A stretch of DNA of 64,000 bases, from contig OZ024742.1 in assembly GCA_964016885.1 (NCBI GenBank), positions 259,780,001 through 259,844,000 on the forward strand. The letters run 5' to 3'. Under the pieces are notes generated by a model. It was not told the DNA's origin, did no database searches, and was given only the letters and a program-made list of their open reading frames with translations. A program made the position numbers and the translations under genes. Origin of the DNA: Eledone cirrhosa (lineage: Eukaryota). Every line of letters begins with the position of its first letter. The stretch's first letter is position 1. Shown piece after piece: positions 28,577 through 41,829 of this stretch.

Positions 28577-29123
28577 ACAAATATATATATATACAAACAT
28601 ATATATATACAAACATATATATATATGTATATATATGTTTGTATATATAACGTCACTTCAACTTTGAGGATTTTATCATTTTTTCAGTTGGCGTATCTGT
28701 CGCTGTTATTATGGTTCTTGTTGTTTGTTGCTGTTCACATCGATTTTGCTTTCGTTGCTGTTGATGTTCTTATCGCAGTTGTTTACATAATTCTCGTTGT
28801 TATTATTGGTTTTCTCACTGAGAACTCTCATCATACTACTGTTATTTTTATGTTGTAGTTGCAAATGTAATATTTTTTACTGAAGCCAACATGCTATAGT
28901 TATGTTTTGTTGTTGTTGTTGCAATGTGATGTTTTTTTACTGAGGCCAACATAATGTAACTGTTTTTCTTGTTGTTATTATTGTGTTGTGATGTTTTTAC
29001 TGAAACCACCACGCTGTAGTTAATGTTGCCTCCCCTGTAATATCTTCAACATAACTGATGCTGCAAGCTTGAGAAATGCTTTAAAAACGAAAATTGTTTG
29101 TAGAATTACTTCCATATTATTCC

Positions 29124-29236
<113 letters not shown>

Positions 29237-29368
29237 TCTCTCTATCTCTCTCTCCATATACTGTACCGATTGTGTTGTTATTTCTGTTTACCTTTTACAT
29301 ATATATATATATACATATATACATATATAAATATATATGTATATATATATATATATATACACACACAA

Positions 29369-29445
<77 letters not shown>

Positions 29446-29449
<4 letters not shown>

Positions 29450-29639
29450 AACGAGTAAGACCCCGACGGCTGAGCTCAGGCCGTTTCGACGGCTAATTCT
29501 TTAGTCCAGAATTAGCCGTCGAAACGGCTTGAGCTCAGCCCTCGGGGTCCTACTCGTTCATATTACCCACTCTACTACCCTAAGTATTGAGTACTTTGGT
29601 GCGTTATGGTCCATCTGGTTCCTTACCACATTTCCTTCG

Positions 29640-29642
<3 letters not shown>
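29446..29642 (+). mobile_element. Fold-back element family P3, copy 2
   Basis: Reverse complement of the 22694 body; palindrome ~29449-29559; (TA)n on both sides. Confidence 0.85.
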
Positions 29643-29718
<76 letters not shown>

Positions 29719-31287
29719 ACACTCTTCTCTTGTTTCTCTCTCTATTTATCTTCTTGCTTATATAAGGTGCTGCTGCGCCTAACATCTTGAGGAAAAACAT
29801 ACCCAGATTATCTCCGTTATCAGATCATGTGACTTGTTCCACTATTCTATGTGTGTTTACAATAATTCTATATTTGAAAAAATCATACTGTCATCGGAAA
29901 TATATGACGTTCACATAATTTCTCATTTGACTCCGTGTATGTTTAAACATAACTATGTCAATACATATATTCTCAGATACAAATACAGACCCAAAGCCTA
30001 GTGGTTAGAGTGTTGGACTCACAATCATAAGGGCATGGGGCTTTTTACTGAACCAGATGATGCTTGTGTTCTTGGGCTGCTTCCTCTGTCATTAAAATAT
30101 CCAGGAAACCTGATATGAGACAGGGGAGGTCATCTAAACCTGCATAATAAGTGTGAGCTGTAAATTTCACTTTAAATTTTTAATACATACATGCATATAC
30201 ACTTACATTTGTAGACGTAGAATATAAGCTGTGGGTTTTTTCCAGCTCTGTTATTATTTACATTCCATGTGTACTTTGATTAAAGGTGTCGTTGCTTCTA
30301 TTTCTGTAACTGATGGAGTTGATGTGTACGTTGCATCTACTCTTAAATGAATGTTTTGTGAGTCAAATATAATTTCTATTTATGATCTGAGATCTACACA
30401 CTTGACTATAGATATTGCACATGTCACCGTTGCTGCACTTTACCAACACGCCTGTCTCTACACGCACTGACATGTGAAACTTATACAGCTCCACGATAGG
30501 AGAGCACCAGCCTCGTTGGTTATTTGATGCATTCTTCAATCTGGATAATGGAATTTGTTTATGTTTCAGGTGCTGTTGAATCTGTACCTCTGCTTTATGC
30601 AGGCATAAATCATTTAGTTCAAGAGTTTAAACTGCATGAATTGTACAGAAGCATTAAGATGCGTTTTTCTTTCGACAGTGCACAGAATACAAGTCTTAAC
30701 TACTTGCAAACCAAAAGCACCAAAATATAGTTTTCCAAATTCCACCATTAAATATTTTGGAGCTGTACTTGTTTGGAAAGTGATTTAATCTCTGATCGTG
30801 TGTTGCGACTGAATAAATTATATTGTGAAAGAGTCATTTTTGCCTCGCAACAACTTGTTCACTTTGTGCAGCACAGCATCTGATCTAAACAAACCTCTCG
30901 TATTCTTTCCTCTCCTTTCTTTTACTTTCCATCACACCCGCCATTAATCTTACTTTTTTCGCGCGCACCCCCCCCCCCCCACCCACACACTTCTCTCTCT
31001 TTTTATTTCTCTCTCTATCTATCTATCTCTCTGTTTATCTATTCAGCAATGCTGTTTATCTAGCGAACATCATTACTACGTTTTCATAGTATTCATGTAT
31101 ATATCATTAACTACAAGTAGTTTGTGTGTCTCTGTAAGTTTCAATGAATATGTCTGCATTGTATCACTACCTCTTTTCTATGTTTTCAAATGTGTATGTG
31201 ATGTATGTGTGTCCCTCATTTATATATATGAGTGTATGATAACATCATATCTGTATAAATACAGAGTATGTAACTGAGACTGTAACA

Positions 31288-31325
<38 letters not shown>

Positions 31326-31327
<2 letters not shown>

Positions 31328-31438
31328 CGAAGGAAATGTGGTAAGGAACCAGGTGGACCATAACGCACAAAGTACTCAATACTTAGGGTAGTAGAGTGGG
31401 TAATAGGAACGAGTAGGACCCCTGGGGTCCTACTCGTT

Positions 31439-31443
<5 letters not shown>
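31326..31443 (-). mobile_element. Fold-back element family P3, copy 3 (shortest)
   Basis: Same body; hairpin GGAACGAGTAGGACCCC-T-GGGGTCCTACTCGTTCC; (TA)n on both sides. Confidence 0.85.
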
Positions 31444-31473
<30 letters not shown>

Positions 31474-31744
31474 ATGTGTGTGTGTGTGTGTATGTATATG
31501 TATGTATATCAATAAGGATTCTAAACCCCACTATAAGGCTAAAATTTCTTTAGTCAAAAATACATTGAAAGCTTCTATATATATAATCTTGTAAAAGTTG
31601 AATTTTAAAAACTACATTTTAAGGTCAAATTTATAGAGTCATTATGGATACTACTGACAGAAACTGAGCTTCACATTACAATATCAATAAGTAGAAACGT
31701 AAATGGGAAGAGGAAAACAAAAACCATTAATTACAGAAATAAGG

Positions 31745-31956
31745 GTTTCTGATTTAGCCACAAGGCCAGCAATTTGGGGGCAGGGCAAAGTCAATTAAAT
31801 CGACTCCAGTGCGTTACTGATACTTTATTTTATCGATCCCCTAAGGATGAAATGCAAAATTAACCTCGGCGGGCTTTGAACTCAGAACATAAAGAACCGT
31901 AACTGTATGCCGCAAAACAGGTTGTCCGACGCTCTACCGATACTGCCAATCCACCA
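31745..31956 (-). mobile_element. SINE family A (long variant)
   Basis: Family body and tRNA-like head. Confidence 0.8.
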
Positions 31957-33128
31957 CAGAAATAATACCAATATTTCTACTCATCAAAACATTTCTTTCT
32001 ACCAAAATACCTAAGTAAGACTACATAACTCTTATTTCCACTTGCTTACAGCTAAACATAAAAGCGTAGTAAGATAAATTTCCTCATTGTAAAATTTATG
32101 TTTACAATAGCTTGATTCACAAATGTTGATCTGCTGGGGACAAAATTAGGGGTGTCGATTGTTTCATGGGATTAACTTGTACATGAATATATATGGTGTG
32201 ATTATTTTGTTTCATATTCCTTTTACAAAGTCTGATCTGGTGTGTAATCAGTAATCTTTTTACGTATAAACTTATTTCGATTTTACAACATATTTGCCTT
32301 CTATAAATTCTGTAATATTCATATTCTACTTACAAGACAAAAGGTAATGCAAACTCTGAACCATTATATGATATTTAAGAATTTAATAAACTGATAAACT
32401 CTATAAGCTCTCACATATATATCGAGTAACTTTTGCTACGTTTCTAAATGCAAGCGCATATATGTGAGTATGTGTGTTTGTGTGTCTTTGTGTGTGTTTA
32501 TGTATGATCGCACGTGTGCATGTGTGTGTGTGTGTGTGTGTGTGTGCGTTTGTGTGTGTGTGTGTGTGCGTGTGTATGTGTGTGTGTGTGTGTGTGTGTA
32601 TTAAAAAGATTGAGAGCTGTTCATCAGCAACACCACACACCAATCCGTCCTAACGCGAGAATACCAAGAAATATATGGTAAAAGTGAAAAGTACAACTTT
32701 GTTTGGATTTTTTTCTTACTTTTCTCTAGTTTTTCATTCATGTATTTCTATCCTTCATTTTATTGACTTTCGAAAAATAATTCTTTTATTGTTCTTTCCC
32801 AACAGGTAAGTCCGATGTGCCCCCTGAAGATTTTTCCGTATCTTCTGCTTGTCTCCGCCTTACACATATGGGACCAAGGGGCTGAGGCGTCGACACTGCA
32901 TAAAAGTAAGTGATTTAGTCTGTTTTTATTTCGTTTCCTTTTTCCTATATATATATATATTATTATTATTATTATAATAGTAATATAATAATAATACAAG
33001 GACGATTTGTTAACCCTTCATTAAGTTTATTGATTTGTGACGCGCGTTTCGCTGTTGATCAGCTCGAGGTTCGATCTGTATCGATCTGGCCCGACTCTAG
33101 TTCAAGACTGATTCGGTCTAGAACTAGC

Positions 33129-33439
33129 TGTTGAGACGGCATTGTTATACTTTGGGAGGGTCTTGTTGCCAATAAGAAACACACGCACCAGTTGCTTTCA
33201 CTTCAATTTATTATAAATTTTATAAATTTTATAAATATAAATTTTATAAATTTCCCGTTGGTTGGTTGGTTGGTTCCACAACCGGATGGTTGTTCATATA
33301 TTGTCAAAGTTCTTTCGTCACACAACACACAATATAAAATTTATAATAAATTGAAGTGAAAACAACTGGTGCGTTTGTTTCTTATTGGCAACATGACCCC
33401 CCCCCCCCCCCCCCAAGTATAACAATATCGGTTTCAACA
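33129..33439. mobile_element. MITE-like element with ~95-bp imperfect inverted repeats
   Basis: TGTTGCCAATAAGAAACACACGCACCAGTTG.TTTCACTTCAATTTATTATAAATTTTATA versus its reverse complement at 33332-33439. Confidence 0.7.
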
Positions 33440-33473
33440 CACGTTTTCAGATTGCTAAACAAATTCAGAAACG

Positions 33474-33502
<29 letters not shown>

Positions 33503-33504
<2 letters not shown>

Positions 33505-33679
33505 ACGGAGGAGTTGTGGTAAGGAACCAGATGGACCATAACGCACCAGAGTACTCAATACTTAGGGTAGTAGAGTGGGTAATAGGAGAAAGTATGACCC
33601 CAACGGCAGAGCTCAAGCTGTTTAGTCTAGAAATAGCCGTCGAAACGGCTTGAGCTCTGCCGACGGGGTCATATTTTCT

Positions 33680-33684
<5 letters not shown>
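33503..33684 (-). mobile_element. Fold-back element family P3, copy 4
   Basis: Same body; palindrome with an internal deletion in one arm; (TA)n on both sides. Confidence 0.85.
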
Positions 33685-33758
<74 letters not shown>

Positions 33759-34303
33759 TATATATATAATATTTACATATGTATAGATATTTACACATAG
33801 CTGTGTTTGTGGTATATCTATTTGTTCTATTTCAGTAGTATGTGCGTGACCTTTTCGAATATATTGGACTATTTATATTATATTTGTATAACCGGACTTG
33901 GTCGACACTGAGATAGAAGCCATGAAGCTGTGTAGGCATTGTCAAGAAAATAAACGATAGCTTAACCCTTTCAATTTTGTCTTTTAACGTACATGCACAA
34001 ACAATAATCATTTGCTTCAGATAAATAAACTTTTACCAAAGATAAATGTGTGTGTATAATGGATGGGGTTGAATGGAACACGATTGTATTTTGATTGAAT
34101 CAGACGATCAATTGTGAACTTTCGAGAAGGATGAAATAGTAAAAAGTCCAATAACGATGGAGAGCAGACGATACAAAACCTAACTTCTTATCGTCTCCAC
34201 ATCAACTCATCCAGTTTACAAAATCAACATCAATCTATTCCACTATATGTATGTTCAATTACACACAGACACAGACAAACGCACACACACATACATACAT
34301 ACA

Positions 34304-34355
<52 letters not shown>

Positions 34356-34378
34356 CATACATATATTTTTTTTTTTAA

Positions 34379-34552
34379 ACGATCGACTTTCGTCAAATCG
34401 GACCGAGGGAACAATGTTTCCGTTGGTCTTTCCAATTGCTAATACTATCTATCGGTCGCAACTCCAGGTAGAAGGAGCAACGTGAAATAAAGTGTCTTGC
34501 TCAAGGACATAACGCATCGCCTGGTCCAGGAATCGAACTCACAACCTTACGC
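34379..34552 (-). mobile_element. SINE, same family as 11365-11582
   Basis: Reverse complement match over ~170 bp. Confidence 0.8.
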
Positions 34553-34590
34553 TTGCTTATATATATATATATAAGCACACACATGCACTC

Positions 34591-34642
<52 letters not shown>

Positions 34643-34657
34643 GAGTGCATGTGTGTG

Positions 34658-34705
<48 letters not shown>

Positions 34706-34732
34706 CACACACATGCACTCATATATATGTGT

Positions 34733-35000
34733 GGAGGCGTGTGGCCTAGTGGTAAGAGTGTTGGACGGACTTACGATCATAATGTGGTGGGTTCGATTCC
34801 TGGGCTGCGTGTTGTGTTCTTGAGCAAAACACTTCATTTCACGTTGCTCCAGTATACTCAGCTGAAAATGAGTACCAGCAATAGCTGGAGGTTTACCCCT
34901 GCGATGGACTGGCGTCCTGTCCAGGAGGAGTCTTGTACTCTCAGTCGCTTCACGCCATGAAACCGGGATAACTACAGGCCAAATGAGCCTTCTGGCTTAA
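34733..35000 (+). mobile_element. tRNA-derived SINE family B (full length)
   Basis: GTGGCCTAGTGGTAAGAG, GGTTCGATTCC, CTTGAGCAAAACACTT and CTGCGATGGACTGGCGTCCTGTCCAGG; related copies at 57495-57760, 29995-30075 and 17180-17290. Confidence 0.8.
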
Positions 35001-35008
35001 GATAGAAA

Positions 35009-35072
<64 letters not shown>

Positions 35073-35453
35073 TGTGTGTGTGTGTGCGTATGCTCACGTA
35101 ATACCCAATCAATCAATCAATCAATATTTATTGAAGAGAAAAGATCGATATACATTTATTGTAGATGAGAGTAATATATGTACTATATATATACGTTATT
35201 CAGTGAGTACCCATTCATCTGATGAAGCTTTCTTGCTGTTCTTGATGCCCAATATGACAAAGAAACGAGGAATTGTCGCAAAAGATAGATTTTTCTGGGT
35301 TTTTAGTTGCAAATCTGTTAAATAGATAGGCCCAGTGCTGCCATTAAAGCCATTTGTGCAGATAACCTATGGCGTACTCCTCAGGGATGTACATTACTGT
35401 AATTTAAAAGATTGAATTTGTACAACTTTGTATAATTAAATTAGATATATAAT

Positions 35454-35570
35454 AATTGTTTCTTCTTTTGGTACAAGGCCAGCAATTATCCCAGTGCATT
35501 ACTGGTATTTTATTTTATCGACCCCGTAAGGATGAAAGTTAAAGTTGACCTCGGTGGGATTTGAACTCAA
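35454..35570 (-). mobile_element. SINE family A, 3' part
   Basis: Family body. Confidence 0.8.
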
Positions 35571-35879
35571 AACGTAAATTAGGCATATAATAATTTGGTA
35601 TAATCAATAAATAGATCACCAAAGCCTTTGCCGCGTAGTAAAGCGGTGGAGAAGGTAGCATATGGTTACGACCTGTTACTTGATTTGGCTTAGGTGTGTT
35701 TGTACTGTGCAGTGGAAAATTCAGGTTTAGTAATTCTTTTAGTGTGTCAGAAACCATGTGTCCTTTACTAGTTAATTGTTGATGGTCTAGCGTCCTATTC
35801 AGGAGAAAGTTTAGAATGAAACCATCAGCATACACACACATATATATATATATGTGTGTGTTTATATATGTGTATATGC

Positions 35880-35943
<64 letters not shown>

Positions 35944-36014
35944 GTATATATATATATATATATATATACATATATATATGTATATAATATATATATATGT
36001 GTGTGTATATATAC

Positions 36015-36055
<41 letters not shown>

Positions 36056-36132
36056 TATACACATATATAAACGCACACATATATATATGTGTGTATATAT
36101 ATATAGATATGGACATATATATGTGTGTGTGT

Positions 36133-36346
36133 GTGTAAAAGGTAAACAGAAATAACATCATAATCGGTACAGTATATGGAAGGAATATATTAGGTTAACT
36201 CTTGAAATGGCAGGAAGAAGGTCTTAACGTTTCGGACGCTAGTCTTTCATCAGAAAAAAGAATGAGAAATTAGAAAGATTGAAGGGACGAGGGGTGTGGA
36301 ATTTGGAAAATTTTTTAGAGAAAAATAACAGGTTGCCATCTCTTAT
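36133..36346 (-). mobile_element. PLE pLTR-like element family P4, copy 2
   Basis: Homologous to 23736-23961. Confidence 0.8.
36222..36256 (-). ncRNA. Minimal hammerhead motif
   Basis: Reverse complement: uuu-CUGAUGA-aa-gac(uagc)guc-c-GAAA-cgu-UA^aga. Confidence 0.65.
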
Positions 36347-36852
36347 GTATATATAATTCAAATTTAAAGATATGTATAGAGAGAGAGAGAGGCCCTATAT
36401 CACCTGAGAGACACATAGTATGTTGCACACATATATAGAACAAATAATTTTTTTTTTTAAATATACATACTTAAGATAGAAAAAGCTAAATTTCCTGACA
36501 CTACTGTTTTAACACTCCAAGAGACGCTAGCCAAGTTGAAATCGATTCAAGCAACCGATTATCGATTACCAATTATCGATTCAGGTAAAAGCCAACGGAA
36601 CACAAGGAGCTACCCATCAGAGTTATTGTCTTCAGATGTGTCCCACACTGTACAAAATACTTTTATACCTGTTGAGAGACGAGAGTTTGAATAAGATTCA
36701 AACCACATGGTGTCAATAAATGTATATATCTTTTTTTTAAATGTATATATCGCTTTTGCGTATGAGTTGGTCGGAGGTTGTTGGGGTTCTTCTTATCGAG
36801 ATCAGAGATCAGTTTCCACGGCCGTCCATGACGAGGTCGACAAGTTTGGGCC

Positions 36853-36888
<36 letters not shown>

Positions 36889-37014
36889 ACATGCATGTAG
36901 AGTACGTCAGTATAAATGTGTGAATGTTTTCTGTCTGTGTTTTAGTATTTTTGACTCTCTGTATCAACTCCTCTTCCTACCTCCCTCACTCCCTATCTTC
37001 TCTCCAATATATGC

Positions 37015-37073
<59 letters not shown>

Positions 37074-37074
37074 C

Positions 37075-37153
<79 letters not shown>

Positions 37154-37270
37154 TATACATGGCTGGCATTATAAGCGCGTGATATTTCTAAATATACATC
37201 TAATTCCTATATAGATCTTGTTAAGAGGAATATAGGTGAAGCAACAATAGTAGAATGTAAACATGCCGTC

Positions 37271-37301
<31 letters not shown>

Positions 37302-37312
37302 CAAATATATAT

Positions 37313-37452
<140 letters not shown>

Positions 37453-37833
37453 TGCATATATATATATTTATACATGTATGCACTGTTTACGAACACTATC
37501 ATATAAATATAGTATAAAATATAGTACAGATAAATAAGTTACAAAGTAGTAGATCGCTGAAGTTTGTCTTTAGACTTAATGTAACCTTTATATATACTTG
37601 AAATTCAGGAACCACTAAAAGCATTCAAGAATGGGTCTCGACGAATGTATGCAAATTCAATTTGTTAATTAAGAAGATAGAATTATGTGTACAAACACAC
37701 ACACACACACATATATACATGTATATATATATATATATACATGTGTGTGTATATATATATATATATATACTTATATATATACATATATGTATATATATAT
37801 ATGTATACATATACATACATATATATATGTGTG

Positions 37834-37945
<112 letters not shown>

Positions 37946-37970
37946 GTATATATATATGTATATATATATG

Positions 37971-38021
<51 letters not shown>

Positions 38022-38028
38022 GTATATA

Positions 38029-38101
<73 letters not shown>

Positions 38102-38409
38102 GTGTGTGTGTGTTTATGTGTATTGCTCAAGTGCTACGAGAAACCAAAGCATGTAAGCAAGTATATATATATATATGTGTGTGTGTTATAATACACTAGC
38201 TTTCACCAATGGAATATTTTATAAGGTTATGTAGAGCAAATTTAGCTGTGAGCCATTTAGAATTCTATTTAATTCCTATCATGTTTTGTATGTTTATTGT
38301 TTATTTACTAAAAGCAGATATAAACAGAAGTAGTAAATGTTTCCGATCTATATGACAATGTACGTTGTGTCAATATCTTATATAGACCTATATAAATATA
38401 CACATATGT

Positions 38410-38518
38410 AAATCCCGCCGAGGTTAACTTTGCCTTTCATCCTTACGGGGTAGATAAAATAAAGTACCAGTAATGTACTGGGTAATTGCTGGCCTTGTGC
38501 CAAAAGTAGAAACAATTA
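38410..38518 (+). mobile_element. SINE family A, 3' part
   Basis: Family body. Confidence 0.8.
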
Positions 38519-38524
38519 TATATA

Positions 38525-38860
38525 TCATCATCATCATCATCATCGTTTAACGTCCATGTTCCACGCTTGCATGGGTTTGGACGGGAGTTTTCCCACTTGA
38601 GGCAAGAGTGGTTGTCTTGCTCGCATAGGACTGTCTGGCGGGTTTTCTACAGCTGGATGCCCTTCCTAACACCAACCACATTTACAGTGTGGGGCTGGGA
38701 GGTTTTTACCGTGTTGCCTACACGGCCACATTACAGCGTGGACTGTCTGGCGTGTTTTCTACAGCTGGATGCCCTTCCTAACACCAACCACATTTACAGT
38801 GTGGGACTGGGAGGTTTTTACTGTGTTGCCTACACGGCCACATTACAGCGTGGACTGTGT
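38525..38860 (-). mobile_element. RTE-type LINE 3' tail with (CAT)n end and an internal ~112-bp tandem duplication
   Basis: (CAT)n-CGTTTAACGTCC...; TTTTCTACAGCTGGATGCCCTTCCTAACACCAACCAC occurs twice. Confidence 0.6.
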
Positions 38861-39019
38861 GTTTTTTGTCGTGACACCTACATGATCTCATTTGTTTCGG
38901 CCTGGATGTTGTGGCACCAACATAACTTTACATTGAAAGGGGCGGTGTGGATGGGGTGGGGGTGGTGGGACGGGGGTGTATTTTGTTAGAGATGCCTACT
39001 GACTGTAGTAGGTTTTACT

Positions 39020-39479
39020 TTGTATTTAGGTAAGGCGGGTCTTCTCTATTACTGAGTACCGCCAAAGGTCTCGGTCCAGTGACATTGTCTTGGAGAGGTG
39101 TAAGTGTGTGAGGTCGGAATTTATCAGCTCGTCCCAGGTTTTTCTGGGTCTGCCTACTCCGTGGCTACCATCTATCTTTATTGCCCTGCACTTTGTTATA
39201 CAATGTCGTCTTTCATGCGCATCACGTGACCATACCAACGTAGCCTTCTCTCGAGTAAACAACATCTGATCCCTCTTATTTCTAATTTTTTCCTTAGTTC
39301 GTTTATGCTTTGCCGTTCACGTATATTACTATTACACATCCAGCGGAGCATGCAAGCTTCGTTCCTCTCTAGTCTGCGTATATCCACTGCACACAATGCC
39401 CAGGTCTCACTGCCATGCAACATTGCTGTTCGTATGCAGGCATCATACAACCTGCCTTTCATTTTTAGGGAGAAATCTT
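39020..39479 (-). mobile_element. RTE-clade LINE, 3' end of ORF2
   Basis: [22 protein letters not shown]...[15 protein letters not shown]...[12 protein letters not shown]...GRPRKTW. Confidence 0.9.
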
Positions 39480-39614
<135 letters not shown>

Positions 39615-39711
39615 CTATGTATATATATATATATATATACATATAAATATAAACATATATATACATATATATATACATATATATACATATATATACATAT
39701 ATATATATATA

Positions 39712-40500
39712 TGAAATATAAGAATCAAAGAACTGTTCAAAACATTATTGTGCTTACAGCTGTTTCCTCCAAACCGAGGTTTGGATTCTTCGGAGCAATT
39801 TATTAATGAATGGACAGTTATATGACCTCCTTTTCAGCCAAGAGACATACCGATACATATGCAAATATTGTGGGTCAACATTCATTACAGCATTTAGAGT
39901 GGCAGTACACACTTCGAGATTACATTCATAATAAAAGGTACAATCAAAAATCAAAAATACAGGTTAAAATGCAACATGAAGATAAGCGGTTATATAGTGC
40001 AAATGTTATATGTGTGGCAAGCACGTGCGTCTTGTTTATATAGTGTGGCAGAGAGATATGTGTGGTAGGAGCACTTAGGTAGGTAAAGAAGAGTGTTAGG
40101 TTGGTTGATCTGGTGGGAAATTCTTTATATGATTGTTATAGTCTGTGTGTGGAGAAAAGATATAAGCATTAAAAATAGTACAAGCATTAAAAGTATTAAA
40201 CGTATTGGAGATGCACAGCGAAGGGGTGACAAGGACCTCATGTACTTCGACATGTTCATGGTCAGGGGAGTGTATTCTTCGATTATATGCCCCTCACATA
40301 ATCCACGGCAATTCTATATTGAGCGTTTGACAATCCAGTTAGAGAATCGTAGTCCGATGTTCTTTAGTTCAATACAGGAGGCTGTTACGTTTCGCGAAAC
40401 GACATTGAATACTACCCGGAAGTGTGTGTGTGGCTAAGGGGAGTTAATGCATGAGGGAGGTAACTCCGGGGTTTCTATACCTAGCTATTGAAATGTCTCA
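39712..40500 (-). mobile_element. Degenerate PLE 3' end (EN tail and pLTR)
   Basis: Reverse complement encodes ...CRGLCEGHIIEEYTPLTMN (GIY-YIG-like C-terminus) upstream of an HHR; ends at (TA)n. Confidence 0.6.
39751..39797 (-). ncRNA. Minimal type I hammerhead, CCGAAGA core
   Basis: Reverse complement: ugcu-CCGAAGA-a-uccaaac(cucg)guuugga-g-GAAA-cagcug-UA^agca; stems I and II pair, stem III is palindromic, GUA triplet. Confidence 0.72.
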
Positions 40501-40755
40501 GTATAGACCCTAATTTCTATGGTTATGCGCAACTTCCAAAAAATTCCTAAAGCATAAAGTGTTTTAACTATAGAGTAGTTTATTAAGTTGTGCTGAAGGT
40601 GTTCGTATTATTATGGTGAATTAACCCCCATCCTAGGGTGCCACAAATGAATATTATAGACGATGAGCGAGGATTCTAAATTAATGATCCCTGTGGTTGT
40701 ACCCTACTCATAGGATCAGGCGCAGTGATTGCAGAATCACTTCAAGACACAATGA

Positions 40756-41095
40756 TCTCTGGTAAGTTCTGGGTCATCGCTTGCTACATTGGATGTCGAA
40801 AGGTAATCATCATCAGGGCCAGCCAATTGATTAGTTTGGTGGTGTTGTGCGGAGGAAGTGCCTTCTTTAGACAGATGAAAAACGATTTAATCTAGTAACG
40901 CTGTTGAGCAGTAGGACCAGTACGCTGAGTGCAGAGAATGAATGTATTGCAACTGCCGTGCGGGTTGTACATATATGGATGATGTGATGGTCAGAGTGGG
41001 GTCATGAGGACTGCGGATTGACCTCTGGCCGACCCTGATGATGATTACCTTTCGACATCCAATGTAGCAAGCGATGACCCAGAACTTACCAGAGA
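40756..41095. repeat. 63-bp perfect inverted repeat (40756-40818 and 41033-41095)
   Basis: TCTCTGGTAAGTTCTGGGTC...CATCATCAGGG and its exact reverse complement. Confidence 0.9.
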
Positions 41096-41297
41096 AAAAT
41101 GTAGTTGCTCTAACAAAGGAACAGTCTACTCGTAAAATTAACGTGTAAGTGGTTGAATATCCCGCATACTCACATACTCTTAGTGTAGTTCTCAGAGAAT
41201 CGGGCACACACTGAGAGACAAGGTTAGACGTTTGACTTACTGTCTATTTACTCAATTTCACTCACAAGGCAAGGGGTAGATCCGAGATTATGATAAA

Positions 41298-41829
41298 CTA
41301 GCAGTGGTACCCGGCGTTGCACGGGATAAGGTATTTTGGAACGCGGACTGCCAACAAACCTAATCGTGGAAAAACTGCATGCTTGGACAATATGTAAAGA
41401 AGATAAACCGAATACTCTGATGGTTGGATAATCTTTAAGATTTTCCTCGATGAAGCAGGAAAAATGCAGGTTTTCACCTAAACCTAATGCAAGCCCTAAA
41501 AAGCTGGATTTTCTAATGCCATAAAAAAGTTGGATTTTCTTTGCTTACGGTATGAAGAAGAGACTGACTAATACATAGTTACAATTTCAAGGAAACCGGT
41601 CTGACGTATCGCCTCAAAAAAACCCTAAAAAGGTGAAAAACGCAGTTTTTCACCTAATGCCGGCCCTAGGGGATCAAAAAGTTGAATTACTTTATGTGCA
41701 TAACACTCCCTGAAACATAAGTAATACACATATAAAGTTAGAAAAAAATTGATTGGGTACTTCTCGAGTTTTAGGGATTCAAACTCACACACACACACAC
41801 ACACACATCCTTAGTTTTATATATATAGA
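41298..41829 (-). mobile_element. Non-autonomous Helitron
   Basis: Reverse complement starts A|TCTATATAT and ends with hairpin CCCG-TGCAACGC-CGGG about 8 nt before CTAG|T. Confidence 0.8.

Noticed and set aside
35215-35245. Hammerhead at CTGATGAAGC..GCT
   Set aside because: No GAAA box or stem III follows.
41033-41060. Hammerhead at CTGATGA in the inverted repeat
   Set aside because: No stem II followed by GAAA.
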